DNA of 64,000 nucleotides from Akkermansia muciniphila (lineage in GTDB: Bacteria; Verrucomicrobiota; Verrucomicrobiia; Limisphaerales; SIAT01): positions 7,511 to 71,510 of the forward strand of contig CAMDJP010000009.1 of NCBI GenBank assembly GCA_945900775.1. The letters are read 5' to 3'. Position numbers and translations under genes: made by a program. The notes under the pieces are model-generated. The model saw only the letters and a list, made by a program, of their open reading frames with translations, was not told where the DNA came from and ran no database searches. The stretch's first letter is position 1; every line of letters starts with the position of its first letter. Positions 28,779 through 40,403 of the stretch are shown piece after piece.

Positions 28779-29021
28779 ATGAAAGCAAAAATCATCATCA
28801 CTCCAAAGAAATCCGTGCTGGATCCGCAGGGCAAGACTGTCCAAAACGCCCTCGAGCACATGGGCTACACAGGCGTCGGTGCGGTGCACGTCGGCAAGTA
28901 TATCGAGGTGGAACTGAGCGGCGCGGACAAGGAGACGGCGCACAAGCAGATTGACGATGCCTGCCACAAGATTCTCAGCAACCCGGTGATCGAGGATTAC
29001 AAGTTCGAGATCGTGGATTGA
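28779..29021 (+). CDS. purS: FGAM synthase subunit PurS
   Basis: VLDPQGKTV, GKYIE, LSNPVIEDY. Confidence 0.95.
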   Translation: MKAKIIITPKKSVLDPQGKTVQNALEHMGYTGVGAVHVGKYIEVELSGADKETAHKQIDDACHKILSNPVIEDYKFEIVD

Positions 29022-29046
29022 TTCTCAGACAATCCGCATCCTCGAA

Positions 29047-29760
29047 ATGAACTTCGCCGTCCTCCAATTTCCCGCTTCGAATTGCGATCAAGACGCTGTC
29101 CACGTCCTGAAGAACGTCCTCGGCCACTCCGCGCGGTTGCTCTGGCACAAAGAGACGACGCTGGGCGAGGTGGATGCCGTGTTGGTGCCCGGTGGTTTCA
29201 GCTACGGCGATTATCTGCGCACCGGCGCCATCGCGCGGTTCAGCCCCGTGATGCAGGCGGTCAAGCAATTCGCCGAGAACGGCGGTCACGTGCTGGGCAT
29301 CTGCAACGGCTTTCAAATTCTCTGCGAGGCGCACCTGCTGCCCGGCGCGCTCGTGCGCAATCGCTCGCTCCAGTTCCGCTGCGAGACGGTGCATCTGAAG
29401 GCGGCCACGGCTGATTCACCGTTCACGAACAAGATTCCCGCCGACAAACTGCTGCGCGTGCCCATCGCTCACGGCGAAGGTTGTTACTTTGCCGACGAGG
29501 AAACACTCAGCCGCCTAGTGGCCCGACGGCAGGTGCTCTGGCAATACTGCGATGCCAACGGTGCGTTGACCGATGCAGCCAACCCGAATGGTTCGCTGCT
29601 GAACATCGCCGGTGTCTGCAACGAACGCCGCAACGTGGCTGGGCTGATGCCGCATCCGGAGCGCGCCAGCGAGTCACTGTTGGGTAGTGCCGACGGGCGA
29701 TTGATTTTCGAGAGCCTCATCCACGCGCTGTCGCACCGCGAAAACGTCAAGGTTGCCTGA
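29047..29760 (+). CDS. purQ: FGAM synthase glutaminase subunit PurQ
   Basis: [38 protein letters not shown]. Confidence 0.96.
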   Translation: MNFAVLQFPASNCDQDAVHVLKNVLGHSARLLWHKETTLGEVDAVLVPGGFSYGDYLRTGAIARFSPVMQAVKQFAENGGHVLGICNGFQILCEAHLLPGALVRNRSLQFRCETVHLKAATADSPFTNKIPADKLLRVPIAHGEGCYFADEETLSRLVARRQVLWQYCDANGALTDAANPNGSLLNIAGVCNERRNVAGLMPHPERASESLLGSADGRLIFESLIHALSHRENVKVA

Positions 29761-29770
29761 AGTTTTGCCG

Positions 29771-32092
29771 ATGACCGAACCTGCCATCACGCCTGCGCTG
29801 GTCGCCAAGCACAACCTCACCCCCGAGGAGTATCAGCGGGTGCTCGAGATCCTTGGCCGCGTGCCGACCTACACCGAGCTGGGCATCTTCAGCGTGATGT
29901 GGAGCGAACATTGCTCCTACAAAAACACCAAGCCGCTCCTCAAAACATTTCCGACCAAGTCGCCAAAGATTCTCGTCGGTGCAGGCGAGGAAAACGCGGG
30001 CATCATCGACATCGGCGACGGCGTGGCGATTGCCTTCAAGATTGAGAGCCACAACCACCCCAGCGCGGTAGAGCCATTCCAAGGCGCGGCCACGGGTGTG
30101 GGCGGCATCGTGCGCGACATTTTCACGATGGGCGCGCGCCCTGTCTGCGCGGTGAACTCGCTGCGTTTTGGCGAGCTGTCCAATCCCAGTGTGCGTCGGT
30201 TGTTCGGCGGTGTCGTCAGCGGCATCGCGCATTACGGCAACTGCTTTGGCATTCCGACTATCGCGGGTGAGGTTTATTTCGACAAAAGCTACGAGGGCAA
30301 CCCGCTGGTGAACGCGTTTTGTCTCGGCGTGCTTCGACACGAGCAGATCACGCGTGGCGCGGCCAAAGGTATCGGCAATCCGGTTTTCTATGTTGGCCCC
30401 GCTACGGGACGTGATGGGCTCGCGGGCGCGGCATTTGCGTCGCAGGATTTGACGGAGGAATCAGCCGAGCATCAACGAGGTGCAGTACAGGTGGGCGATC
30501 CGTTCATGGAGAAGCTTGTCTGCGAAGCGTGCCTCGAGCTGCTCGCTACCGGCGCTGTCGCTGGTATGCAGGACATGGGCGCAGCGGGCCTCACTTGCTC
30601 CACGTGCGAGACAGCTGCGCGCGCAGGCACAGGCATCGAGTTCGAGTTATCGAAGGTGCCGCAGCGCGCGCCGAACATGACGCCGTACGAAATCATGCTC
30701 AGCGAATCGCAGGAGCGCATGCTCATTGTCGTGCACAAAGGCCGCGAAGAAGAGGTGAAGCGCATCTTCGACAAATGGGATTTGCCTTGGGCAGAGATTG
30801 GCGTTGTTACCGACACCGGTCGGATGGTGGCGAAGAATCGCGGCCAAGTTGTCGTGGATATTCCCGCAAAGAAAATTGCAGACGAGTCGCCCGTCTATCA
30901 GCGCGAGGCGCGCGAGCCGGAATATCTCAAAGCCGTGCGCGCCTTTCGCCTCGACGGAATCGCTGATACGCGCGATGCCGCAGGTGATCTGAAGAAGTTG
31001 CTTGCGTGGCCGAGCATCGCTTCCAAGAACTGGGTCTATCGCCAGTACGATCATCAAGTGCGCGACGGTTCAGTGGTGCTGCCGGGCAGCGATGCGGCGG
31101 TCATCCGCATCAAGACTGATTCACTGCCGGTGATGAGCGCCGAGTTGGCAGCAAAGACGAAGGGGCAAGTCGTGCCCGAAAAGTTTGTGGCGATGTCCGT
31201 CGATTGCAACGCCACGTATGTTTATCTCGATCCATACGAGGGCGGGAAGATCACGGTGGCCGAGGCGGCGCGCAACCTTGCCTGTTCCGGCGCGGTGCCG
31301 CTGGGCAGCACGGACAATCTGAACTTCGGCAATCCGCACAACCCGGAAATATTCTGGCAGCTCAAAGAGAGCGTTCGCGGTCTTGCCGAGGCGTGCAGGG
31401 CCTTCAACGCGCCGGTCACCGGCGGCAACGTCAGTCTGTACAATCAGAATCCGAACGGTCCGATTGACCCGACGCCGACGGTCGCACTCGTCGGTCTCAT
31501 CGAGAAGCCCGAGCACATCACCACGCAATGGTTCAAGGACGAGGGCGACGTGATTGTTCTGCTCGGCGAAGTGGTGGACGAACAGGATGCACTGCTTGGG
31601 CTCGGCGGCTCGGCGTATTTACAGGTGGTGCACGGCAAGAAGACCGGCACGCCGCCACGAATAGACCTTGCGCGCGAGAAGACGTTACACACCACCCTGC
31701 TCGGTCTCATCCAGTCGGGTCTTGTGAAGAGCGCGCATGATTGCAGCGAAGGCGGCCTCGCGGTTGCGCTGGCCGAGAGTTGCATCAGCCAGCATATCGC
31801 TCGCGAGACGCCGCGGCTCATTGGCGCATCGTTAGATTTATCCACTTTCAAGTCTGCACGCCTCGACGCGCTGCTTTTTGGCGAGACACAAAGCCGAATC
31901 GTCATCAGTTGTGCTGCGTTGGACGCGGTGAAAGTGATTGGACGCGCCAAGCTGATGGGCGTGCCCGCTGCGAAGATTGGCGTGGTGGGCGGCAGTGAGT
32001 TGAACCTTGCGATGGGCGAAACAAAATTGACTTGGAGCTTGCCCGAACTTCACGACCTCTGGTGGAATTCCATCGCGCGGGCGATGCGCTGA
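29771..32092 (+). CDS. purL: FGAM synthase small-type PurL
   Basis: [58 protein letters not shown]. Confidence 0.97.
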   Translation: MTEPAITPALVAKHNLTPEEYQRVLEILGRVPTYTELGIFSVMWSEHCSYKNTKPLLKTFPTKSPKILVGAGEENAGIIDIGDGVAIAFKIESHNHPSAVEPFQGAATGVGGIVRDIFTMGARPVCAVNSLRFGELSNPSVRRLFGGVVSGIAHYGNCFGIPTIAGEVYFDKSYEGNPLVNAFCLGVLRHEQITRGAAKGIGNPVFYVGPATGRDGLAGAAFASQDLTEESAEHQRGAVQVGDPFMEKLVCEACLELLATGAVAGMQDMGAAGLTCSTCETAARAGTGIEFELSKVPQRAPNMTPYEIMLSESQERMLIVVHKGREEEVKRIFDKWDLPWAEIGVVTDTGRMVAKNRGQVVVDIPAKKIADESPVYQREAREPEYLKAVRAFRLDGIADTRDAAGDLKKLLAWPSIASKNWVYRQYDHQVRDGSVVLPGSDAAVIRIKTDSLPVMSAELAAKTKGQVVPEKFVAMSVDCNATYVYLDPYEGGKITVAEAARNLACSGAVPLGSTDNLNFGNPHNPEIFWQLKESVRGLAEACRAFNAPVTGGNVSLYNQNPNGPIDPTPTVALVGLIEKPEHITTQWFKDEGDVIVLLGEVVDEQDALLGLGGSAYLQVVHGKKTGTPPRIDLAREKTLHTTLLGLIQSGLVKSAHDCSEGGLAVALAESCISQHIARETPRLIGASLDLSTFKSARLDALLFGETQSRIVISCAALDAVKVIGRAKLMGVPAAKIGVVGGSELNLAMGETKLTWSLPELHDLWWNSIARAMR

Positions 32093-32093
32093 A

Positions 32094-33554
32094 ATGTCTC
32101 AGGATTATCCCAAGCATTATTGCGGCGTCTTCGGTATCTACGGACACCCGAATGCGGCGGAGTTGGCGTACTACGGGCTTTACGCGCTGCAGCATCGCGG
32201 TCAGGAGAGCGCGGGCATTGTGGCGTACGACGGCCGCCAATTCCGCATCCACAAAGGGATGGGGCTGGTGCCGCAGATTTTCGATGGCGATATCCTGCAT
32301 GGGCTGGTCGGCACGATGGCCGTGGGCCACACACGCTATTCGACGACCGGTTCCTCGCACCTGCGCAACGCACAGCCGCTCACCGTGGACTGCGCGCGCG
32401 GTCAGATTGCCATCGCGCACAACGGTAACCTTACCAACGCCGCCCAGCTCCGCGATGAGTTGGAGGCGAAGGGCTCGATTTTCCAGACGACAGTGGACAG
32501 CGAAATCATCCTGCACCTGCTGGCCCAGCCAGACAACGGGCAGGAGAGCACGCTCGTCAGCACCATTCGCCGCATCGAAGGTGCGTTCTCGTTGGTGATC
32601 ATGACGGAGAACGAGCTGATTGGCGTGCGCGATCCGCACGGGTTTCGTCCTCTCTCTCTCGGCAAAGTCGGCGATGCGTGGGTGTTGGCCAGCGAGACTT
32701 GTGCGCTCGATCTCATCCATGCGAAGTTCATCCGTGACATTGAACCCGGCGAAATCGTCATCATCAATCAAGACGGGGTGAAGAGCCTCAACGCTTTTCC
32801 GGAACAGAAACGCCGTGCCTTTTGTATCTTCGAGTATGTCTATTTTGCCCGTCCGGACAGCAATATCGCCGGCCGCAACGTGTACAAGGCCCGGGTCGAA
32901 ATGGGCCGCGAGTTGGCGCGCGAGTACCCGATCAAGGCCGACATCGTCGTCCCCGTGCCGGACAGCGGCAACTGCGCCGCGCTGGGTTATTCCCTCGAAA
33001 GCGGCATTCCGTACGAGATGGCGTTCGTTCGTAACCACTACGTCGGGCGCAGTTTTCTTCAGCCCAGCCAGCTCATCCGCGACTTCAATGTGCGCGTGAA
33101 GCTCAACCTCGTCACCGATTTGGTGAAGGGCAAACGCGTAATCATTGTCGACGACTCCATCGTCCGCGGCACGACGTGCAAGACGCGCGTGAACAATCTG
33201 AAGGAAGCCGGCGCGAAGGAAGTTCACGTGCTTGTCTCCTGCCCGCCGCACATGAACCCGTGCGTGTACGGCATTGATTTTCCCGATCGCAGCAAGCTGA
33301 TGGCGGCAAACTATTCGTTGGACGAGATTCGCCGCTACTTAAACGCGGACTCGCTCCATTACCTTTCCAAAGAGGGAATGGTGAAGGCGACTGGTCTGCC
33401 GAAGGAATCTTTCTGTATGGCTTGTTACGACGGCAATTATCCCGTGCCGTACGACCCGTATGTGGACAAGGAAATCATGGAGCGCCGCCGTGGCCGTGTG
33501 GAGAGCTTCGGCGAGGCGCTTGCCCGCGACGAGAAGCAGCCGCGGTTGCTGTGA
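32094..33554 (+). CDS. purF: Amidophosphoribosyltransferase (propeptide and Fe-S type)
   Basis: Short propeptide then CGVFG, LQHRGQE, GHTRYST, VDDSIVRGTT, Fe-S cysteines CIFE, PCVYG and CMAC. Confidence 0.97.
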   Translation: MSQDYPKHYCGVFGIYGHPNAAELAYYGLYALQHRGQESAGIVAYDGRQFRIHKGMGLVPQIFDGDILHGLVGTMAVGHTRYSTTGSSHLRNAQPLTVDCARGQIAIAHNGNLTNAAQLRDELEAKGSIFQTTVDSEIILHLLAQPDNGQESTLVSTIRRIEGAFSLVIMTENELIGVRDPHGFRPLSLGKVGDAWVLASETCALDLIHAKFIRDIEPGEIVIINQDGVKSLNAFPEQKRRAFCIFEYVYFARPDSNIAGRNVYKARVEMGRELAREYPIKADIVVPVPDSGNCAALGYSLESGIPYEMAFVRNHYVGRSFLQPSQLIRDFNVRVKLNLVTDLVKGKRVIIVDDSIVRGTTCKTRVNNLKEAGAKEVHVLVSCPPHMNPCVYGIDFPDRSKLMAANYSLDEIRRYLNADSLHYLSKEGMVKATGLPKESFCMACYDGNYPVPYDPYVDKEIMERRRGRVESFGEALARDEKQPRLL

Positions 33555-33624
33555 CCCGCGTCTGCGGTTTGTGCAGACCCAAGTTTCAGTTCGCTCGGCG
33601 CTGCATTGACTAATGAAATTTGAA

Positions 33625-34674
33625 ATGAAAACCAAAGCCTACGCTGCCGCTGGCGTTGACATTGATTTGGGCAACAAGGTGAAAGCCACCTTGCCGCAAT
33701 TGCTGGCCACCACACATCGTCGCGAGGTGCTCGGCAAGGTCGGCGGCTTCGGTGGTCTCTTCGCGCTCGACACGAAGCGCTACAAGAAGCCCGTGCTCGT
33801 CTCCAGCGTGGATGGCGTGGGCACCAAATTGAAGATCGCCTTCGCGATGGATCGACACGACACCATCGGCGAGGATCTCGTCAACCACTGCGTCAACGAT
33901 ATCGCGGTGCTCGGCGCCGAGCCGCTCTTCTTCCTCGACTACCTCGGTACCGGTAAGCTGCAGCCGCATGTGTTCAAGGAGATCATCAAAGGCTTCGTCC
34001 GGGGCTGCGCGGCGAACCGTTGCGCGCTCATCGGCGGCGAGACGGCGCAGATGCCGGGCTTTTATCAAGCCGGTGAATACGATGTCTCCGGCACCATCGT
34101 CGGCGTAGTGGACAAAGCCAAGATGCTCAATGGGCAGAAGACCGTGAAGCGCGGCGATGCGGTTATCGGCATCGAATCCAGCGGCTTGCACACGAACGGC
34201 TACTCGCTGGCGCGGCAGATTTTTTTCGAGAAGCTCAAGCTCAAGCCCAAGAGCCGTGTGGCGGAGCTACGCAACACCATCGGCGACGAGATGCTCAAGG
34301 TGCACGTCACCTACGGACCGCTTGTGCAGGCGTTGCTGAAGAAGTTCAATGGCAGAACGACGACGGTGAAGGCGTTCGCGCACATCACCGGCGGCGGTTT
34401 CGTGGACAACATCCCGCGCACGCTACCCGCCCACTGCGACGTCGCCATCCGCAAAGGTTCGTGGGAGATGCTGCCCATCTTCCAGATAATCCGAGATCGT
34501 GGCGGCGTGGATGAAGCCGAGCTGTATCAAGTCTTCAACATGGGCATCGGCATGACGGCGACGGTCTCGGCGGACAAAGCCGACGCGGCGCTGCGGTTCA
34601 TCCGCGCGCAGAAGCATCGTGCGTGGATCATTGGGGAAGTCGTCAAAGGCACTGGCGAGGCGCGCGTGATTTGA
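33625..34674 (+). CDS. purM: AIR synthase
   Basis: YAAAGVD, DGVGTK, PLFFLDY, GGETAQMP, SSGLHTNGYSL, AHITGGG, FNMGIG. Confidence 0.96.
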   Translation: MKTKAYAAAGVDIDLGNKVKATLPQLLATTHRREVLGKVGGFGGLFALDTKRYKKPVLVSSVDGVGTKLKIAFAMDRHDTIGEDLVNHCVNDIAVLGAEPLFFLDYLGTGKLQPHVFKEIIKGFVRGCAANRCALIGGETAQMPGFYQAGEYDVSGTIVGVVDKAKMLNGQKTVKRGDAVIGIESSGLHTNGYSLARQIFFEKLKLKPKSRVAELRNTIGDEMLKVHVTYGPLVQALLKKFNGRTTTVKAFAHITGGGFVDNIPRTLPAHCDVAIRKGSWEMLPIFQIIRDRGGVDEAELYQVFNMGIGMTATVSADKADAALRFIRAQKHRAWIIGEVVKGTGEARVI

Positions 34675-34681
34675 GTGGACG

Positions 34682-35977
34682 ATGAAGCTTCTCGTCATCG
34701 GATCGGGCGGCCGCGAACACGCGTTGGTGTGGAAGCTGGCGCAGTCGCCCCACCCCACACGAATGTGGTGTGCGCCGGGCAATGCTGGCATCGCCGCCGA
34801 ACGTCTCGCGAGTAACGTCGCGCTCGTCGAGTGCGTCCCCGTCAGCGCAGAAGATCTGCCTGCGTTGCTCGATTTCGCCAAACGCGAGCGGCCAGATCTC
34901 ACTGTCGTCGGTCCGGACAATTCGCTGGCGGCGGGCGTGGTGGATTTGTTTCAAGCGCACGGGTTCAAGATTTGGGGCCCGAACCAGAAGGCTGCGCAGT
35001 TCGAGGCGAGCAAAGCTTTCTCGCAAGACTTCATGGAGCGCCACGGCATCCCGACCGCGAAGTCGGGCACATTCGCTGAGCCAGTCGCTGCAAAGAAATT
35101 TGCCGCCTCACTCGATGGCCGCTGCGCAGTAAAAGCCGACGGGCTTGCGCTGGGTAAAGGCGTGCTGCTCACCACCAACGTGCGCGAGGCGGAGCAGGCG
35201 GTGGACGAGATCATGGTCAGCAAAGCGTTCGGCGCGGCGGGCCAGCGTGTGGTCATCCAAGAGCTGATCGAGGGGATGGAGATTTCGCTCCACGCGCTTT
35301 GCGACGGCAAGGTCGCCAAACTTTTTCCGACGGCGCAGGACCACAAGCGCGCACTCGATGGCGATGCAGGTTTGAACACGGGCGGCATGGGTACCTATTC
35401 GCCCGCGCCATTTCTCACCGATACGCAGCTCACTGAGGTCGGTGACGCAATCTTGAAACCGTGGCTGCGCGGTTGTGCGGCGGATAATATTGATTTCCGT
35501 GGGCTCATCTATCCTGGCGTGATGCTGACAAAGTCGGGGCCGAAGGTGCTGGAGTTCAACGCGCGCTTTGGTGACCCGGAGACGCAGGTTTATCTCACAC
35601 GACTAGAGAGCGACCTCGTGGAATTGTTGCTGGCGAGCTGCGAGGGACGACTCGCCGGCATCGAGCTCAAGTGGAGCACTGCTGCAAGTGTCTGTGTGGT
35701 GATGGCGAGTGGTGGTTATCCCGGCAATTACGCGAAGGAAAAAGTCATCACTGGCATCGGTGAAGCAGATGCGCTGCCCGGCACAAAAGTTTTCCACGCC
35801 GGTACGGCGTTGAAGGATGGGCATGTGGTGACGAGCGGCGGGCGCGTGTTGGGCCTGACGGCGTGGCGTCCGACGCTGGCTGCGGCGCGTGATGCGGCGT
35901 ATGCGGCTGTCGATAAAATTAGGTTTGAAGGCGCGCAGTTTAGAAGGGATATTGCAGCCAAGGCGCTACGCGCCTGA
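34682..35977 (+). CDS. purD: GAR synthetase
   Basis: LVIGSGGREHAL, KADGLALGKGV, QDHKR, NTGGMG, EFNARFGDPE, TSGGRVL. Confidence 0.97.
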   Translation: MKLLVIGSGGREHALVWKLAQSPHPTRMWCAPGNAGIAAERLASNVALVECVPVSAEDLPALLDFAKRERPDLTVVGPDNSLAAGVVDLFQAHGFKIWGPNQKAAQFEASKAFSQDFMERHGIPTAKSGTFAEPVAAKKFAASLDGRCAVKADGLALGKGVLLTTNVREAEQAVDEIMVSKAFGAAGQRVVIQELIEGMEISLHALCDGKVAKLFPTAQDHKRALDGDAGLNTGGMGTYSPAPFLTDTQLTEVGDAILKPWLRGCAADNIDFRGLIYPGVMLTKSGPKVLEFNARFGDPETQVYLTRLESDLVELLLASCEGRLAGIELKWSTAASVCVVMASGGYPGNYAKEKVITGIGEADALPGTKVFHAGTALKDGHVVTSGGRVLGLTAWRPTLAAARDAAYAAVDKIRFEGAQFRRDIAAKALRA

Positions 35978-35989
35978 CCACTCCAAGGC

Positions 35990-38143
35990 ATGAAGAGGAT
36001 CCTGTTTGTTTGTACTGGCAACATCTGCCGCAGCCCGATGGCGGAGGGTTTATTCCGTCATCTGGTGCAGGGCGGGGGTGAATACGAGGTGAGCTCGGCG
36101 GGGTTGGGCGCGATCAACGGTCAGTCGCCGAGCGCTCACTCGGTGACCGCGCTGCGCGAGCGCGGGATTGGTATCACCGATATCTGCAGCAAGCAGCTTA
36201 CGTCGCAGATGGTGCGGGAGGCTGACTACATCTTCGGGATGACTCACGGGCACGTGGACGGGATCAACTTGCTCTATCCGCAGGCGGCGGAGAAGACCTT
36301 CCTGTTGCGCGAGTTTAACGATGCGCTGGAGTCCTTTGAGAAAGATATCTTCGACCCGATCGGCGGTGATTATCCTACGTATCTGAATTGTAGGGAGCAG
36401 ATTGAGCAAGGATTGAAGACGATTTTGAAATTCATCGAACAAACATCTATGACGTCCGCATCGACCTCGTTCACCACGACTCTGACCCTCGCCATTGGGG
36501 CCGATCACGGTGGTTTCCATCTGAAGGAGGCGCTCAAGGCGCATCTAGCCAAAAAAGGCGTCCAAGTACAGGACTACGGCACCAGCAGCACCGATTCGAG
36601 CGATTATCCCGATTTCGCCAAGCTCGTCGCCGAAAGCGTGGCGGGTCACCAGGCGAAGTTCGGCATCCTCGTCTGTACCACCGGCGTGGGGATGAGTATC
36701 ACCGCTAACAAGGTGCTGGGGGTGCGAGCGGCGCTGGTCTTCAACGACCAGATGGCCGCAATCGCGCGCCGACACAACGACGCGAACATCCTTTGCCTTG
36801 GCGAAAAACAGACCACGCCGGAGCAGGCGATCAAGATGGTCGACGCTTTCCTCGGTGCGACCTTCGAGGGCGGTCGGCACGAGCGGCGAGTGGGCAAAAT
36901 CGAGATCGCCCAACGACTCGAGAGCGTGGACCCCGAGATTGCCCGAGTCGTCCGGTACGAGCGCCGTCGCCAGCAGGAGAATATCGAACTGATTGCCAGT
37001 GAGAACTTCACCAGCCCGGCTGTGATGGAGGCGCAGGGCTCGGTGCTCACCAACAAGTATGCCGAGGGTTATCCCGGCAAGCGCTGGTACGGCGGTTGCG
37101 AGTTCGTGGATGATGCTGAGCGTCTTGCTATCGATCGTGCCAAGCTGCTCTTCGGGGCTGAGCATGCGAACGTCCAGCCCCACTCCGGTTCGGGGGCGAA
37201 CATGGCGGTCTATTTCGCCACACTCAAGCCGGGCGACAAGATGCTGACGATGGATCTCTCCCACGGCGGCCATCTTACGCACGGCAACAAGGCGAACTTC
37301 TCCGGCAAGTTCTTCGAAATCGTCCACTACGGCGTGCGCAAGGAGGACGAACGGATTGATTACGACCAACTCGCCGAGATGGCCCGTGTGCACCGACCGA
37401 AGATGATCACGGTCGGCGCGAGTGCCTACCCGCGCATCATCGATTTCAAGCGCATGGGTGAGATTGCCCGCGAAGTCGGCGCGCTGCTGCTGGCGGACAT
37501 CGCGCACATCGCCGGCCTCGTTGCTGGGGGCATCCATCCGAGCCCAATTGAGCATGCAGACTTTGTCACCACCACCACGCACAAGACCCTCCGCGGCCCG
37601 CGCGGCGGCCTGATTATGTGCAAGGCGAAGTACGCGAAGGAAATTGATTCGCAGGTCTTCCCTGGCATTCAAGGCGGTCCTTTGATGCAAGTGATCGCGG
37701 CCAAGGCGGTCTGTTTCCGAGAGGCGCTTCAGCCAGCCTTCAAGAGCTACCAGCAACAGGTGGTGAAGAATGCCGCGGCGCTCGCCGACGGAATGCAGCG
37801 TAACGGCTACCGACTCGTCTCCGGCGGCACCGAAAACCACCTGATGCTTGTCGATGTCGGCGCGCGCAACATCACGGGCAAGGATTGCCAGATCGGCCTC
37901 GACGAAGCCGGCATCACCTGCAACAAGAATACCATCCCATTCGAGACCCGCTCGCCCTTCCAGGCCAGCGGCATCCGCCTCGGCACGCCCGCCGTTACTA
38001 CGCGCGGGATGAAGGAAGCCGAGATGGCGGCGATCGCTGACATGATCAGCGAGGTGCTGCTCGACATTAAAAATGTTGACGCCGCACGCCGAGTACGCGA
38101 GCGTGTGCGAGAGCTGACCGCTAGATATCCGCTCCAATACTGA
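35990..38143 (+). CDS. glyA: Triple fusion: low-molecular-weight protein phosphatase + ribose-5-phosphate isomerase B + serine hydroxymethyltransferase
   Basis: CTGNICRSP and DPIGG (LMW-PTP); [33 protein letters not shown] (RpiB); [34 protein letters not shown] (SHMT). All in one 717-aa frame. Confidence 0.93.
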   Translation: MKRILFVCTGNICRSPMAEGLFRHLVQGGGEYEVSSAGLGAINGQSPSAHSVTALRERGIGITDICSKQLTSQMVREADYIFGMTHGHVDGINLLYPQAAEKTFLLREFNDALESFEKDIFDPIGGDYPTYLNCREQIEQGLKTILKFIEQTSMTSASTSFTTTLTLAIGADHGGFHLKEALKAHLAKKGVQVQDYGTSSTDSSDYPDFAKLVAESVAGHQAKFGILVCTTGVGMSITANKVLGVRAALVFNDQMAAIARRHNDANILCLGEKQTTPEQAIKMVDAFLGATFEGGRHERRVGKIEIAQRLESVDPEIARVVRYERRRQQENIELIASENFTSPAVMEAQGSVLTNKYAEGYPGKRWYGGCEFVDDAERLAIDRAKLLFGAEHANVQPHSGSGANMAVYFATLKPGDKMLTMDLSHGGHLTHGNKANFSGKFFEIVHYGVRKEDERIDYDQLAEMARVHRPKMITVGASAYPRIIDFKRMGEIAREVGALLLADIAHIAGLVAGGIHPSPIEHADFVTTTTHKTLRGPRGGLIMCKAKYAKEIDSQVFPGIQGGPLMQVIAAKAVCFREALQPAFKSYQQQVVKNAAALADGMQRNGYRLVSGGTENHLMLVDVGARNITGKDCQIGLDEAGITCNKNTIPFETRSPFQASGIRLGTPAVTTRGMKEAEMAAIADMISEVLLDIKNVDAARRVRERVRELTARYPLQY

Positions 38144-38273
38144 GGCTGGTTCCGCTAGTTCATCTCCCGAAAGAGGTTGTCCCAAGTGTGAACAACTCTT
38201 GGTCGCCTGTTGTCCGTGTAGAGGAGTAATCTGCGAACAATCACAAACACCACGGCTGCAAAGCCGTCATTTT

Positions 38274-39743
38274 ATGTCGAGACCTGTGAAGAAAAATCCA
38301 AGAGCCAAGGCCCCTCCGGAAGGGCCGGAGACCGATGCTCCCGTTGAATCTGCCGCCGCGACGGCGGCGGAGCTTTCGGCCAAGCTCGCGCGTAAGCCTG
38401 CCACTTCGGACGAGCTAGAACCGCCGAAGCACGCTGTCGAGATTGACGAGGCTGATGAAGTGGTCGCGCCGCCAGCCAGTGCAGCGAAGATTAACATCGG
38501 GCAGCTTCAAGCGATGTCCATCAACGAGCTCAATAAGATGGCCAAGGAGTGGGGCATCGAAAACTTCGGCGTGATGAAGAAGCATGAGATGATTTTTCAG
38601 ATTCTCCAAAAGAATTCCGATAGCCGCGGGGTACTTATCACCGAAGGCGTTCTGGAAATCATGCCTGAGGGTTTTGGCTTTCTCCGTTCGCAGAGCTTCA
38701 GTTACCTCTCGTGCCCCGAGGACGTGTACGTCTCGCCCTCGCAGATTCGCCGCTTCGATTTACAGACCGGCGACCTCATCTCCGGTCAAATTCGTCCGCC
38801 CAAGGAGAAGGAGAAATACTTCGCCTTGCTCAAGGTCGAGTCTGTCGGCGGGGAAGAACCGGATAAGGCGAAGGAGAAGACGCACTTCGACAACCTCACG
38901 CCGCTCTTCCCAAACAGGCGCTTCATCCTCGAGACCGACCCTGAGGAGCTCAACACTCGCGTACTCGATCTCGTCTGCCCCATCGGCAAGGGAACCCGTG
39001 GCCTCATCGTTGCCCCGCCGCGTACTGGTAAGACGGTGCTGATGCAGAAGCTCGCCAACGCCATCATCAAGAATAACCCCGAGGCTTACCTCTTCATCTT
39101 GCTCATTGACGAGCGCCCTGAAGAAGTCACCGACATGGAGCGCTCGTGCAGGCCGGCCGAGGTCATCGCCTCTACTTTCGACGAACCGCCCGAGCGCCAC
39201 GTGCAGGTCGCCGAGATGGTCATCGAGAAGGCCAAGCGTATGGTCGAGCACAAGAAGGATGTCGTCATCCTACTCGACTCCATCACGCGCCTCGCTCGCG
39301 CCTATAATACCGTGCAACCGCACTCGGGCAAAATTCTCTCCGGCGGTGTGGACGCCAATGCGCTCCACAAGCCAAAACGCTTTTTTGGCGCCGCGCGGAA
39401 CATCGAGGAGGGCGGTTCGCTCACCATCATGGCCACCGCGCTTGTCGATACCGGCAGCCGCATGGACGAAGTGATTTTCGAAGAGTTCAAGGGAACCGGC
39501 AACATGGAGGTGCACCTCGACCGCGGTCTTGTCGACCGCCGCATCTTCCCCTCCATCAATATCGAGCGTTCTGGTACTCGCAAAGAGGAGTTGCTCTACC
39601 ATCCCGACGAATACAGCAAGATCGTCGTGCTCCGCCGCGCCCTCACCGGCGTCCCTCCCGTCGAGGCGATGGAGTTGATGCTCGGCAAGCTCAAGAAGAC
39701 GCCGAGCAATATCATGTTCCTGCTCTCGATGGGTAAGACGTGA
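38274..39743 (+). CDS. rho: Transcription termination factor Rho
   Basis: [26 protein letters not shown] Walker [30 protein letters not shown]. Confidence 0.97.
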   Translation: MSRPVKKNPRAKAPPEGPETDAPVESAAATAAELSAKLARKPATSDELEPPKHAVEIDEADEVVAPPASAAKINIGQLQAMSINELNKMAKEWGIENFGVMKKHEMIFQILQKNSDSRGVLITEGVLEIMPEGFGFLRSQSFSYLSCPEDVYVSPSQIRRFDLQTGDLISGQIRPPKEKEKYFALLKVESVGGEEPDKAKEKTHFDNLTPLFPNRRFILETDPEELNTRVLDLVCPIGKGTRGLIVAPPRTGKTVLMQKLANAIIKNNPEAYLFILLIDERPEEVTDMERSCRPAEVIASTFDEPPERHVQVAEMVIEKAKRMVEHKKDVVILLDSITRLARAYNTVQPHSGKILSGGVDANALHKPKRFFGAARNIEEGGSLTIMATALVDTGSRMDEVIFEEFKGTGNMEVHLDRGLVDRRIFPSINIERSGTRKEELLYHPDEYSKIVVLRRALTGVPPVEAMELMLGKLKKTPSNIMFLLSMGKT

Positions 39744-39881
39744 AGCCTGAATTATTTCTCACTGAACCCCGTCGAACTCTCGCTGCGCCAGTAACGGCCG
39801 GCCCCTTTTGATTTGGCTTTTGGGACATCAGACGTAATGATAGCCCTTGTGTTGAAGCAACTTTGCAGAGCCGCAGTCACT

Positions 39882-40403
39882 ATGACTCGACCCGCGCGCA
39901 TGGCGTTCCTCGCGGTCGTCTGTGCCTTCGCGCTCGTTGCCTGTAAGAAAGAGGAAATCCGGGTCTATCGCGCCCCGCAGGAAAAGCCCTCGATCGTCGA
40001 CCTAGCGCCCGAATATTGGCAGCAGTTGCCCGCTGGACCGATGCAGCAGGCGAAGTTCCAAGTCTCTCGCGGTGGCAAATCGGTCGAGGTCACGCTCTCA
40101 ATCTTCCCTGGTGACGCCGGTGGATTGCCCGCTAATGTTAACCGCTGGCGCGGCCAGATCGGTTTGAAGGAAGCCGCACCGGAGGAACTATCCAAACTAG
40201 CCACGCTGTTTGACGCCGCCGGTCCTGAGGCGAAGATTGTGGATATGATCGGCACGGATCCTAAGACCACCCAACCCGCGCGCCTCATTGGTGCCATTGT
40301 ACCGCGCGGTGAGCGGACATGGTTCTACAAACTGTTCGGCGATGCCGAGCTCGCCGCGGCTGAGAAATCGGCCTTTCTCAAGTTTGCCCAAACCGCACCG
40401 TGA
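39882..40403 (+). CDS. Hypothetical lipoprotein coupled to cytochrome c biogenesis genes
   Basis: LVAC lipobox, GGLPANVNRWRGQIGL, TWFYKL.G; stop overlaps the resB-like start. Confidence 0.72.
   Translation: MTRPARMAFLAVVCAFALVACKKEEIRVYRAPQEKPSIVDLAPEYWQQLPAGPMQQAKFQVSRGGKSVEVTLSIFPGDAGGLPANVNRWRGQIGLKEAAPEELSKLATLFDAAGPEAKIVDMIGTDPKTTQPARLIGAIVPRGERTWFYKLFGDAELAAAEKSAFLKFAQTAP

Noticed and set aside
36545..38185. Long antisense ORFs (also 4065-5318, 6412-7569, 31905-33251, 47680-49221, 54257-56080, 56123-57757)
   Set aside because: They mirror well-supported genes on the opposite strand and lack motifs; expected shadow frames in high-GC coding DNA.
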